Part shown: in pieces, positions 38,476 to 48,543 of the stretch
Position numbering within the stretch: position 1 is the first letter of the stretch
Layout: every line of letters starts with the position of its first letter
NCBI GenBank assembly: GCA_001779315.1
Contig: MFJU01000028.1
Coordinates: forward strand, 614-64,613
Reading direction: 5' to 3'
DNA from: Candidatus Gottesmanbacteria bacterium RIFCSPLOWO2_01_FULL_42_22
Lineage (GTDB): Bacteria; Patescibacteriota; Microgenomatia; 2-02-FULL-39-11
Length of the DNA: 64,000 nucleotides
The notes under the pieces: model-generated
Database searches by the model: none
The model's input: only the letters and a program-made list of their open reading frames with translations
Told to the model about the DNA's origin: nothing
Program-made: the position numbers and the translations under genes

Positions 38476-41400
38476 TTATTTAAAATCTAAAATAGTAAAG
38501 TTTATTTCCCCCGGGGAAAGTTTTAAGTTAACCACCGGCGTAAATGATCCAAACTTTAACTGGGGAATCGCAGTCGGTGTTAAAACAGCCGGATTTACAG
38601 TCGGAGTTGGAATAGTTTCCGGCAGCGGTTGATTTGCCGGTTTTAGGAAAAATATTTTGGCGATAAAATCCAAAATCAAGTCCACTAAACTAAGTTCCGG
38701 TTGATTTTGAGTTCCCAAGACTGTTTGCTGGTTGGCAGAACCCTTGATTTCCACAAAAATCCGATAATTTCCGGGCTCTTGGGGCACGGTATAATCCCAG
38801 GAACTTTGATATCGACCGGGTGTATCAGCTAATTCTTGAGCCGGAATCGGATCAGATATTTGTATTTCTTGTCTGTCTCTTTCTACATGAAAGATCATGC
38901 TATCAACTTTAATGTTCGGCTTAAGTGTTTTGGCAAAGGCAGTCAAAGTGACTTTATATCCGGCAAAAAAATTACCGGAATAGGTAAGACCATCGTTATT
39001 ATAGGATGTTGACAGATTTTCCCTGACGGCCGCTAATTTTCCGGCAAAGAAGTAATTTTGCCGCCAGCCGACTTGCGTATCGGGGTTGATGACGACTTCC
39101 AGCTCCGGATTAATATAATAAGTGCTATCGGCCCCGGTAATAATTTTGGCGATTCTAGCGCCCGTGGCATCATAGTAAAATTTGCTTTCTTTAAAACGAG
39201 AATCAACAGGAGAAACTTTTATAAGCCGGTTGTCCTTATCGTAAGTGTATAACCGCTCTGAATCCGAGGCGAGATTACCTACTTTGTCATAAGAATAGGT
39301 GTTAGTTTTTGAAGCGTCAGTTACCGTTAGCGGACGATGATAGAAAGAGCCGTTATAATCACTGTAGGCAAGAGTAGTTGTTGAGGAACCTTCGGTTTTA
39401 CTTAAAATGTTGTTAAGATCATCATAAGAGTAGTTGGCAGTATAGGCACCGGCCACATCCTTTAAACGGCTTAAGGCATCATAAGTAAAATTTTGGGTAA
39501 GGTAAAAAGGACTGGCAGCAGGAACCATGGGGTTATCGTCATTGATTTTTCTAATATTACCAAGCGGATCATATAGATAAGAGATCTTAATTTCATCTTT
39601 ATCAGCAAGAGCAGTCCCTATCACTTTCAATGTAGTCAGTCTGCTGTTGGTTGGATTATAGGTGAATAAGTTATTAACACCGTTACCGGAGGAAAATCTA
39701 ATTAATTGGCCGTCTTTGTTATAGCGGGCATTGGTGACATAATTGTTTGTTCCGGCAAGTTTCGTCAAATAAGGACGATTATAGGTATAAGTGATGGTTT
39801 CTGCAGGAATTGATAAACTGGTACTGCCTGATCGGGTTTGCGTTTTTACTCTTCCGCCCAAATCATAAGTAAAAGAGGTGCTGAAATTTTGGTTATTGAT
39901 GGCAGTATTGGGTAAATTTGACAAAGTCAAAGTACTGCTTGTCACCCTACCGCGGTGGTCATATTGGGATTTGACAGTTTGCAGCAAAGATCCGCTGCTT
40001 AAATCATATGAGCGCACTTGGCAGGATTTGCCAACTCCGTTGGTACAGCTATCGTAAATGTTTTCCAGAAGTAAAGTGGAATTTACTGATTTGCTTAAAA
40101 GTCTGTTAAGGGAATCATAAGAAAGAGTAGAGACATCACCCCGGGGATTGGTTTGAGTTTTGAGATTGCCGATTTTATCATATTCATAACGCCAGGAATT
40201 TACATCTCCGCTCATACTTGGACTCATATCGGCATCCCACATCCTGGTCTTTCTGCCCAAAGTATCGAATTCAACTATATTAATTACATTAGTTAATGTG
40301 TCTTTAGTTGTGGTTACAGAACCTAAAATCGGATGATATTCAAAACTGGTGGAATAAGTTTTACTGTCAGCAATTTCTTTAACTTCGAGAGTTTGTCCAA
40401 AAGCATCTTTGGTTGTCTGGTTGAAAGTACAAAGTGTTGCTGGATCAGTATCGGTACAGTTTTTATTGGAAGATTTAGTTAGCAGCGGATTTCCGCCCAC
40501 ATCATACTCGGTCGTCTCACTTGTTCCGTCAGGATAATTGACCGTAGTTGCCCTGCCCATTCCATCATAGGTGTATTTTACCTTTTGGATATTGGCACTA
40601 CCGGCGAAATCTCGGGTATCGAATGAGTTTTGTGTGCTTGGAATATAAGGATTTGCCGTGTAGTTAAGGCTCTGGTATTCCGGCTGACCCAAAGCATTAA
40701 ATGATTGGGATTTGATGATATCTCTGAAGGCATCGGCCACCGGTAGACCGGCATTTGAATACTCGTTTTCATACCAGAGTTGTCGAGTCTGAACAGTCTG
40801 GCCCAAGCCGTTATAATATGTGTGGGTTGCCGAGACTTTGCCGGCAGCACCGTTATCGGCAAAGCGGGAGGCGCTGTAAACCATCATTTTTGGACCTTTA
40901 CCATTCAATTGCTTACCTAGTCCTATCAAACAGTGATTAGCATCGTTACACGGTGCGATATCATCTCCGTTGAAATAATAATATTTGTTGAAAGAATCGG
41001 CTTTGGTACTGCTGGCAGGGTTCTTGCCCGGCAGGTAGGTCTCGGTAGCTCTTCCAAAAACATCATAAACACTATTGCTGACCTTGCCATTGGCATCTGT
41101 GACCCGAACAGGTATGCCCAAAACACCGCCATAATTGGGATGGGTGGAATCGGCGATATTAAAATCATAGACTGTCGTGGTTGACTGCCCCAAATTGTTG
41201 GTAACTTTTAGCGGATACAGATGAAAAACATTGTCATAAGTGGTGGTGCTGGATCGTCCCAAGGGGTCGGTGATTTTTGTCACTAACCAGGGGTAAGTCG
41301 CGTCGTAAGCGGAAGTCGTATCAGCATAAGCAGATCCGTTAATTAAGACGCTGGTTTTAGTCGGCAGGCCGTAGCTATTGTAAGTTATTTGGCTGTGATT

Positions 41401-43995
41401 GTACTTGGTTCCTGTTGGAGAACTAGCAGTCCAGCTTTCTTTGGGCCGAGGCAGAATCCATTTGAGAGTGTCGGCGTCTGTATAGTCGGTGTAGGATACT
41501 TTTTTGATATCAGAAGTATCATCCTGGTTGGGATCACTACAGCTCACCTTACCGTAATTAGTGGCCGTATGCAGCTGGGCATAAACATCATCAGTGCCAT
41601 CAATTTTTCTATGATCAGTGAATGTTTTAGTACAAAGAACTGCATTGTCTCCGACGAATTCTTTACTGACGTTATCTCTGGGAATAACCAAAGAAATGGA
41701 TGTTTCCGGATCGTAAGTGGCACATTTGTCATTTAAATTCCAGTCATAATAGCCTTCCCAGGGACCAAACATCGGACCGAAACGGATGGTAGAGCTGGAG
41801 GATGTTTCAGTTCTGCGGCCAGGTTTTTGCACATCGAAATTTATCGTTTTATAAGCAATTCCTTTCAAGGGACTGGGTTTGAAGCAAGTGGCAGTATCGA
41901 GTGCCTGGTAGTAAAATGATTTGGATTTAGCAACGACCTTATCGGTTGAATTTTTTTCATAGACAGTTGTTTCGACCTCGGGGTAACCCAAAAATTCAAA
42001 ACCGGAGAAGCTGTTGAAAATTTCCGCTCCCTCATCTGTTTCGCTATAATTTTTGACAGCTCCAAGACCCAAAGTAGCTCCGTTTCCGCTATAGTCATAG
42101 TTGGTCCGGACGCTATTTCCCATGCCATCCTCAACTATTTGGCTACTTATTCTGTGCCTTTGGGTGTTGAATTCATTGTCGGTCTTGCAGGTTTCTCCGT
42201 TTAGAGCTACTTTATCCGTGTCGCAGTATTTGATATTGAGAGCATTATTATTGGTGGCATCTTTCCAATACTCAAAAGTGACTTTTCCGCCATAGCCGTT
42301 TTCGGCTGTTTGCAAAAAGAAATCAGAGGGGGTTTTTACCTGATCAAGCAAATTCCTACCCCAAACAAATGAGGATAGAGGGCAGCCGCCCTTAAATTCT
42401 GCACAATCAGTACCGTAAGAAAAGGTATAGTTTGGCAGGCGTTTGGCGTGGGGATTTACATCAGGATCGTCACTGTAGACTTTAATAATCCTCAAAAGAG
42501 AATGAATAACCTGACCGTCTTTTACCTCCGCATCGTTTTCGGCTTTCCCGTCGCCATCGTCTAAGTGTTTTGCCGGAACCCAGCCGTATGAGTAATCCAA
42601 AACGTAAACCTTTCTTACCTTACCCAGAGTTTTGACAATTATTTTCTTCAGCCTTTCCAAATTACGGAGAGGTCTTTTGGGACTTGGGTTATCACCCTGG
42701 TGGATTTTATAGTCAAGTCTAGCCTCTCTCTGGAAAGAAATCTCGTTTTTTCCATAAGTAATAGATGACGGATAAACGGCTGAGACGTATCTATCGCCAT
42801 GCCCAGCATCTTCGATTTTCAGATTATAGCTATAGTTGATTTCAACAGGAACAGTAAAGATACTTTCAACTTTCGAGAGATACCATCTGTAGGTAAGGGA
42901 ATGATAACCGAGGGTATTGTTGCCCCAAATCAACCAGGCGTTGGGGCCAACGGGGCTTGAGTCATTGTCATATAAGGGATACCAGTCGTATTCTTTATTT
43001 TCCAGATCCTCATTGGTATCCGGGTCGTATGTTTTTTGCCAGGCTGTGGTGGTCGTTGGAGTGCCGAAATAATGCTTTGTACCATCTCCGGTTGTTACCA
43101 GCCAGTGATATCTGCAAAAATAGGTACCATCGTCGGCAGCATCTCTTTTGCATCTTGACCATCTTTCCACTTTCACTTTCAAATTTGGCACTGTCCTCCA
43201 GACACTATACTTTCCGTAATCAGTTCCTGCTTCACTTTCTTTTGATAAATTAGCACTACCGCCTGAAAAGGCTAAAATAAAGGCGTCATCACTCTGACCG
43301 GTTAGGGCACGCATGGATGAGCCTTTGGTATCCCGGGCGATATATTGTACTCCACCCAAATTCCAACCCAAACCAACCATGCCAGACTGATTCTGGTAGG
43401 GATGGTCAGTCCAACCCCGATAGCTGGTAAGAGTACCTAAGTTGAGATCATCAACACTTGAGGAGGAATAAGAAAGATCAAGTGAGGGAGTAAGGCCAGC
43501 AGGACCGGGCGGCAGATCAATAGGGTAGGAGACAGTAGCAGCTCCATTGAAGGCGTCGCTGCCAAAAGCTCTGCTGGATGGTAATTGCATGTTAGAAGTG
43601 CCTGCCTCATCAGAAGCAGCTGCCAGCGGATCGAAATCGCTTGTCACTCCTTTGACTCTCGGATTCTCTTTTTCAATCTCTTTGAGGAGCAAAACATAGT
43701 CCGGTCCATCAATTACATCATCGCTATTATAATCGTAGAACAGATCCTGGGTTTTGAGTGCCTTAAAATAGCCGGGAACGGATGGTTTAATAAGCCCAAA
43801 TTTTTTCAAAGAACGGCGGAAAGCCAGAGTGTTCTTTGCCGGAAAAATATTCTTTTTAATGATCAAAAAAGCACCAAGAGATATCAATGATAAAATTAAA
43901 ATCGTCAGGAAAATTACCTTGAGTTTGGGAGACCAAGTTTTATGAATGTCAGGCACGTTTAACTTAACCGTATTACAGAAAAGGATAACCGTCAA
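38476..43995 (-). CDS. Large SpvB-like/YD-repeat (TcB/TcC-like shell) protein lacking the Rhs core
   Basis: TM helix, dockerin-like DYNSDDVIDGPDY, SpvB-like SYPIDLPPGPAGLTPSLDLSYSS and GLGWNL, many YD repeats; start probably GTG ~43956. Confidence 0.92.
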   Translation of the reverse strand: MTVILFCNTVKLNVPDIHKTWSPKLKVIFLTILILSLISLGAFLIIKKNIFPAKNTLAFRRSLKKFGLIKPSVPGYFKALKTQDLFYDYNSDDVIDGPDYVLLLKEIEKENPRVKGVTSDFDPLAAASDEAGTSNMQLPSSRAFGSDAFNGAATVSYPIDLPPGPAGLTPSLDLSYSSSSVDDLNLGTLTSYRGWTDHPYQNQSGMVGLGWNLGGVQYIARDTKGSSMRALTGQSDDAFILAFSGGSANLSKESEAGTDYGKYSVWRTVPNLKVKVERWSRCKRDAADDGTYFCRYHWLVTTGDGTKHYFGTPTTTTAWQKTYDPDTNEDLENKEYDWYPLYDNDSSPVGPNAWLIWGNNTLGYHSLTYRWYLSKVESIFTVPVEINYSYNLKIEDAGHGDRYVSAVYPSSITYGKNEISFQREARLDYKIHQGDNPSPKRPLRNLERLKKIIVKTLGKVRKVYVLDYSYGWVPAKHLDDGDGKAENDAEVKDGQVIHSLLRIIKVYSDDPDVNPHAKRLPNYTFSYGTDCAEFKGGCPLSSFVWGRNLLDQVKTPSDFFLQTAENGYGGKVTFEYWKDATNNNALNIKYCDTDKVALNGETCKTDNEFNTQRHRISSQIVEDGMGNSVRTNYDYSGNGATLGLGAVKNYSETDEGAEIFNSFSGFEFLGYPEVETTVYEKNSTDKVVAKSKSFYYQALDTATCFKPSPLKGIAYKTINFDVQKPGRRTETSSSSTIRFGPMFGPWEGYYDWNLNDKCATYDPETSISLVIPRDNVSKEFVGDNAVLCTKTFTDHRKIDGTDDVYAQLHTATNYGKVSCSDPNQDDTSDIKKVSYTDYTDADTLKWILPRPKESWTASSPTGTKYNHSQITYNSYGLPTKTSVLINGSAYADTTSAYDATYPWLVTKITDPLGRSSTTTYDNVFHLYPLKVTNNLGQSTTTVYDFNIADSTHPNYGGVLGIPVRVTDANGKVSNSVYDVFGRATETYLPGKNPASSTKADSFNKYYYFNGDDIAPCNDANHCLIGLGKQLNGKGPKMMVYSASRFADNGAAGKVSATHTYYNGLGQTVQTRQLWYENEYSNAGLPVADAFRDIIKSQSFNALGQPEYQSLNYTANPYIPSTQNSFDTRDFAGSANIQKVKYTYDGMGRATTVNYPDGTSETTEYDVGGNPLLTKSSNKNCTDTDPATLCTFNQTTKDAFGQTLEVKEIADSKTYSTSFEYHPILGSVTTTKDTLTNVINIVEFDTLGRKTRMWDADMSPSMSGDVNSWRYEYDKIGNLKTQTNPRGDVSTLSYDSLNRLLSKSVNSTLLLENIYDSCTNGVGKSCQVRSYDLSSGSLLQTVKSQYDHRGRVTSSTLTLSNLPNTAINNQNFSTSFTYDLGGRVKTQTRSGSTSLSIPAETITYTYNRPYLTKLAGTNNYVTNARYNKDGQLIRFSSGNGVNNLFTYNPTNSRLTTLKVIGTALADKDEIKISYLYDPLGNIRKINDDNPMVPAASPFYLTQNFTYDALSRLKDVAGAYTANYSYDDLNNILSKTEGSSTTTLAYSDYNGSFYHRPLTVTDASKTNTYSYDKVGNLASDSERLYTYDKDNRLIKVSPVDSRFKESKFYYDATGARIAKIITGADSTYYINPELEVVINPDTQVGWRQNYFFAGKLAAVRENLSTSYNNDGLTYSGNFFAGYKVTLTAFAKTLKPNIKVDSMIFHVERDRQEIQISDPIPAQELADTPGRYQSSWDYTVPQEPGNYRIFVEIKGSANQQTVLGTQNQPELSLVDLILDFIAKIFFLKPANQPLPETIPTPTVNPAVLTPTAIPQLKFGSFTPVVNLKLSPGEINFTILDFK

Positions 43996-44132
43996 GGATT
44001 TGAAGTTTAAAGTAAGAGATCATTATAATTATTGTCCGACCATTTTAGGATAGATGTTTATCCTCTTGCTCCGCCGAAGGAATGTTATAGTGTATTTTTT
44101 ACTGCCTTCAAAATTTTTAATCTTGAAATCTC

Positions 44133-44151
44133 GCGTATCATTATGATACGC
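44133..44151. promoter_or_regulatory. Palindromic operator upstream of the Fic gene
   Basis: gcgtatca-tta-tgatacgc, plus a further half site at ~44166. Confidence 0.6.
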
Positions 44152-44160
44152 TAAAACCAT

Positions 44161-45213
44161 ATGAATGATACGCAAGTTAATTCCCGACAAATAAAAATAT
44201 TACAATATCTCTGGACAAAGCCGACTACAACGCGCAAAGACATCGAGTCCGTTTTTCCTCAAGGATCAGTTTCCAGAATTACCCTGATTCGGGACCTTAA
44301 TAACCTCATCGAAAAGGGAATGATTCAACAATCCGGAGGTGGGAAATATATCAAATATTCACTTGTTCCGGACAAAGAAATCTTAGTACCTATAAATATA
44401 AATGAATATTTTCAGAGTCCGATTGATACTCGTTATGTCCGATACCCGTCATTCAATAATGGAGTCATCATTAAGCTTAACAACCTGTTTTCAAGCGATG
44501 AACTCCGTATATTTGAGCAGGGAAGAAAGCAGTTGCAAAGTCGCTTTGAAACTGTCGATCCGTCAATCATCAAACGGGAACTTGAACGGTTTACTATTGA
44601 ATTCTCCTGGAAATCATCACGTATTGAAGGAAACACCTATTCTCTATTAGAAACTGAGGAACTGATTAAAAACAAAAAAGAGGCACAAGGACACTCAAAA
44701 GAAGAAGCAATTATGATTCTCAATCATAAATCTTCTTTTGATACGATACTGGCCAACAAATCAACATTCCGGCAAATCAGCGAATATGATATCCGGTCGA
44801 TTCATAAAGAACTTGTCAAGGAACTCGATATTACCCCAAACATCAGGGAATATGGAGTTGGTATTACCGGCACGATATATAAACCGTTAGATACAAAATG
44901 GCAGATTGAGGAATCGCTTCATGCTGTTGTGGACCACGTCAAATCTGTCACAGATGTTGCGGAAAAATCTCTCATACTGCTGGCGATGATCTCCTATCTC
45001 CAACCTTTTGTCGATGGAAATAAACGCACCGCCCGGATGGTAAGTAATGCAATACTATTGGCAAACGGATATTATCCCCTTTCATATAGGAGCGTTGATG
45101 AAGTTGAATTTAAGAAGGCTTTGATTCTTTTCTACGAACAGAATAATCTTTTCCATTTGAAACGGATATTTTTGGACCAGCTGCAATTTGCAATTCAACA
45201 ATACTTCGTCTAA
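44161..45213 (+). CDS. Fic-family protein with an N-terminal wHTH
   Basis: SRITLIRDLNNL HTH; SSRIEGNT; variant motif QPFVDGNKRTAR. Confidence 0.92.
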   Translation: MNDTQVNSRQIKILQYLWTKPTTTRKDIESVFPQGSVSRITLIRDLNNLIEKGMIQQSGGGKYIKYSLVPDKEILVPININEYFQSPIDTRYVRYPSFNNGVIIKLNNLFSSDELRIFEQGRKQLQSRFETVDPSIIKRELERFTIEFSWKSSRIEGNTYSLLETEELIKNKKEAQGHSKEEAIMILNHKSSFDTILANKSTFRQISEYDIRSIHKELVKELDITPNIREYGVGITGTIYKPLDTKWQIEESLHAVVDHVKSVTDVAEKSLILLAMISYLQPFVDGNKRTARMVSNAILLANGYYPLSYRSVDEVEFKKALILFYEQNNLFHLKRIFLDQLQFAIQQYFV

Positions 45214-45278
45214 GTCAATATTGTTGCCCCTGGCGGTTTGCAGGAGAACTAGATTCTGCGGATCTTATCCGAACTTTT

Positions 45279-45435
45279 TTAATATAGAAGAATAGAACAA
45301 CTATACTCTCCAGTTCGACTTTTTAACAAATTTCTGTTGCTGTTCCCGGAGTCTTCTCCTTAAATCATTGGTTATGCCTGTATAAAAAAGAGAATTAAGG
45401 TAATTGGTGGCGATATAAACAGAGCAAGACTTAAC
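45279..45435 (-). pseudogene. GIY-YIG endonuclease remnant
   Basis: Minus strand reads SVYIATNYLNSLFYTGITNDLRRRLREQ; truncated, no clear start. Confidence 0.7.
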
Positions 45436-45578
45436 TATTAAAAATAAATTTACGCTGAGGCTGGCTTTCTCGCTAGGCTCGAAATGACTTCAGAATCGTT
45501 TAATCAATTACCCACTGCCGTTATCATAAGACCCGAACAATTGAGGACTGGCAATACGGCAAGAGTAAGGAAAGAAGA

Positions 45579-46109
45579 TTAAGTTAAGGCTTTGTCGAAG
45601 ATGGATTTGATGAATTTTACTTCATAAAGGGTCAGGTCACGGCTTTCTCTAAAATTGATTTCATGTTTTTGCGATATTTCCAGCTTGCCCCGATTGTCGG
45701 AGAGCTGGCTATAGCGGAAGCGGCTGAAAATAATTTCCGGCCAAATATTTTTCACCTTTTCATCAAATAAGGACAAATTCAGCCTCCACGTCTCTATATC
45801 GGGTGTGCCTTCAGGAATGATATCCGAAATCAGAGTCACTTCTGAAAGCTGCGGCTGATATTTCCGCTTATCCTTATTTACCTGCGGCAAGACCAGAGTC
45901 TTAATTTTATATAAAGGAAAATTATTGGGTATATCAGTCAATTCCATTTCTTCTCCTTTCTGATACCAAATTTTTTCGCTGATATTGCCCTTTTTCCCCT
46001 CGTTTTGCAGCAAACTATAGAGATTTTCGAACCAATCTGACAGCAGACTTTCTTCGGGTTTACGGTAGATATCCAACCAGGAATTCAAAGACTTTAAAAT
46101 CCTTTTCAT
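45579..46109 (-). CDS. Hypothetical protein
   Basis: Likely start MKRILKS at 46109, which avoids overlap with the upstream gene. Confidence 0.65.
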   Translation of the reverse strand: MKRILKSLNSWLDIYRKPEESLLSDWFENLYSLLQNEGKKGNISEKIWYQKGEEMELTDIPNNFPLYKIKTLVLPQVNKDKRKYQPQLSEVTLISDIIPEGTPDIETWRLNLSLFDEKVKNIWPEIIFSRFRYSQLSDNRGKLEISQKHEINFRESRDLTLYEVKFIKSIFDKALT

Positions 46110-46165
46110 ATTCTTATGATAACTCACGAATGATGACACTGGAAAGGAGAAAAGGGGAAGACAAC

Positions 46166-47119
46166 TTAGATCCTGGAGGAAGTATAGGAGAAGATAACCA
46201 TGTACGTAGATAAGGACATGATGCCAAGGCCAAGCCAGAAAAGAGTCAGGAAGGAAAAACATGTACTATTCAGCCCAAATAAAACAGTCAAAACCATGAA
46301 TAAGGCTAAGGCCAGGGCAATGATCTGAAAATTTTTCCGGCGGTAAATTTTGATAAAGATCCAGGACAACAACATTTGAACGGCAAAACCGATCAAACCC
46401 CAATAGGAAATGCGGCAGGTAGCGCCGCGGAAAAGAGGTGACATCCAAAGATTAGACCGGCCTGCAACCGGCCTGGTAGCTCTAGCTTCCTCGATGCCTA
46501 AAACAGGCACCACAGTCACGACAGTCCTGTTTAAATCGGTCCTGATGACAAAACGGGAAAAAGCAGCTCCCTGGTTCAAAGTCGGGGTAGGAGTCGGACT
46601 GGGAGGTGTGGAAGTAGCCGTCGGACTTTCGGCAGGGGCAAGCAATCCGATTTTCATACTGAAGGATAATGACTGGTCTGCCAAAGTATTGCCGGAAGTT
46701 TTGTCCATCAATAAAACGAGCTGATACTCTTTTATTTCCTGGACATCAATTTCTCCCAAGGAAATCTCGTCGTTATTAAAGACTTCGGTAAAAGTACCCG
46801 TCCAGACTGTTGAACCACTGGGTAAAGACTTGACTGTCAGGCTGGTCGCCGAAGTAATTGCTCCTGTGGATGATTCGTCATACGTACCCAGAGCCGCGCT
46901 TTTTTTACTGCCGGAGGTATTGTGGATTCGGAAAGTCTTAGAAATTTCTTTGCCCGGATACCATTTGTCTGTCGGGAAATAATCGGTCACCGGAGAGGGG
47001 GTGCAGCCGGAATCATTGCAGGTCAGATCAAGATCGGAGGCTTGTACTTCCTGCCGGACTAACAGACTGCAGAATTGAAACAGAGAAAATATTATGAATA
47101 TTAAAATTAGTTTCTTCAT
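46166..47119 (-). CDS. Secreted TasA/camelysin-like domain protein with C-terminal TM helices
   Basis: Signal peptide; WYPG...IHNT pattern like the MYPG...LKNA of the 48544 gene; PT linker; three TM helices. Confidence 0.7.
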   Translation of the reverse strand: MKKLILIFIIFSLFQFCSLLVRQEVQASDLDLTCNDSGCTPSPVTDYFPTDKWYPGKEISKTFRIHNTSGSKKSAALGTYDESSTGAITSATSLTVKSLPSGSTVWTGTFTEVFNNDEISLGEIDVQEIKEYQLVLLMDKTSGNTLADQSLSFSMKIGLLAPAESPTATSTPPSPTPTPTLNQGAAFSRFVIRTDLNRTVVTVVPVLGIEEARATRPVAGRSNLWMSPLFRGATCRISYWGLIGFAVQMLLSWIFIKIYRRKNFQIIALALALFMVLTVLFGLNSTCFSFLTLFWLGLGIMSLSTYMVIFSYTSSRI

Positions 47120-47139
47120 ATATATAGATTTGCAAAAAA

Positions 47140-47178
47140 TCCCGGATCGTCATACCTACGACGATCCGGGATCGTTAG
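47140..47178. repeat. REP-like palindrome, copy 3
   Basis: tcccggatcgtc atacctac gacgatccggga tcgttaga; overlaps the stop codon of the SipW-type gene. Confidence 0.85.
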
Positions 47179-48488
47179 AAATTGGATTCCAGATGATAAA
47201 TTTTTCCGGTTACACTGGCCACATCAAGACCCAGTTTGAGATTTTGAATGCCTGTATGGGGGGTGCAATCCGGTGGCGAACAGGTGCCCAAATAGAAACT
47301 CTTGCTGTCTTCGGCTTGACCCGACAGGGTTACTGTACCGGAATATGCTTGAGGCAAAGTATCGGTATCATAAGTCAAACTGTAATTATAAGAAACAAAG
47401 CGGGAAAGCCGGCTGACAGTGTATGAGACATTCTGACCGTCTTCTGAAAGGCTGGCCGATAAAAGAGGCGGCCGGGAATCGATAGTTGCTTTCCAAACCG
47501 AACTCCAGGGACTGCAGTTATCCAGACTGTCACAGGATTTGACCCTCCACCAGTAAGTGCCGTCGGGCGTACCCGGAGCCGGAATTTGCGAATTTGTTAG
47601 TTTGCCAGACTGGTAAGCCAGGGGTGAAAAACCGCTATTTCTGGCACTTTGATAGATATAGTAAACGGGATTATTCATATTCTGCCAGTCACTAACATCC
47701 GACCAATCCATGACCAATCCATCCGTTTCCCTGACGATATTATCGGGCGGAACAATCAGCAAAGGAGACGCAGGCGGCACATAATCTTTAGACGAGATAG
47801 AAACACCCGATACAATCGAGGCGGATGAAAAAAGCGCGGTGATCTGCCTGACAAAAAAAGGACTAAACGTAAAACCGGCCAATACGGAAGCGATGAAAAT
47901 ACCTGTCAGATTATAAGCCCGTTTCTTTGCCAATTCATCAAATCCGCTAAGAATTTCCCTGATTTGCCAAATGATTAAAAGCAAACCCGGAATTCCCACC
48001 AATAGCAAAAAACCGACAGACGACCGGACGGCAGAAGCCAGAAACCCCAAATAGGGAATTGACAAAAACCATAAACCGCGCACCATGGATGTGGAAACTT
48101 CCCATTTATCAGCCTCGCGGTTATTATCTCCTTTGGTGAAGAAAAGCCTGCGGCCTTGCGAAATCTTTATCTTTTCTACCCGGTGAAGAACGGTTTTACT
48201 TTTATCCTCCGGGGAATAAAAAGCAATGATATCTTTTTCACGTACTAAAACAGGATCAATCGGCAAAACCAGGGCAACCGCGCCGCTCTTTATTGCCGGC
48301 GACATGGAACCCGAAGTGACAATAAAGCTGGAAAAGAGGTTTTTGGTCGGTAAATACGGGGAAGCCACAACCATCAAAGCCGAGAGGATCATGGAAAAAA
48401 TAAACCATTCGGCAATCTTTCCGAATTTGAATAATATTTTTGGCCAATGTTTCGTATTTGGCCTGTCTGGATCAAGTCTTTGATACAT
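47175..48488 (-). CDS. sipW: SipW-type (ER-like) signal peptidase I fused to an extracellular FN3-like region
   Basis: VTSGSMSP (Ser), VLHRV (His), TKGDNN...D, IPYLG; GTYWWRVKSCD. Confidence 0.85.
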   Translation of the reverse strand: MYQRLDPDRPNTKHWPKILFKFGKIAEWFIFSMILSALMVVASPYLPTKNLFSSFIVTSGSMSPAIKSGAVALVLPIDPVLVREKDIIAFYSPEDKSKTVLHRVEKIKISQGRRLFFTKGDNNREADKWEVSTSMVRGLWFLSIPYLGFLASAVRSSVGFLLLVGIPGLLLIIWQIREILSGFDELAKKRAYNLTGIFIASVLAGFTFSPFFVRQITALFSSASIVSGVSISSKDYVPPASPLLIVPPDNIVRETDGLVMDWSDVSDWQNMNNPVYYIYQSARNSGFSPLAYQSGKLTNSQIPAPGTPDGTYWWRVKSCDSLDNCSPWSSVWKATIDSRPPLLSASLSEDGQNVSYTVSRLSRFVSYNYSLTYDTDTLPQAYSGTVTLSGQAEDSKSFYLGTCSPPDCTPHTGIQNLKLGLDVASVTGKIYHLESNF

Positions 48489-48543
48489 ATATTCTCATCC
48501 GATGGTCCGACGTGACGTCGGGCCGTCGGTGAAAATATACTTT

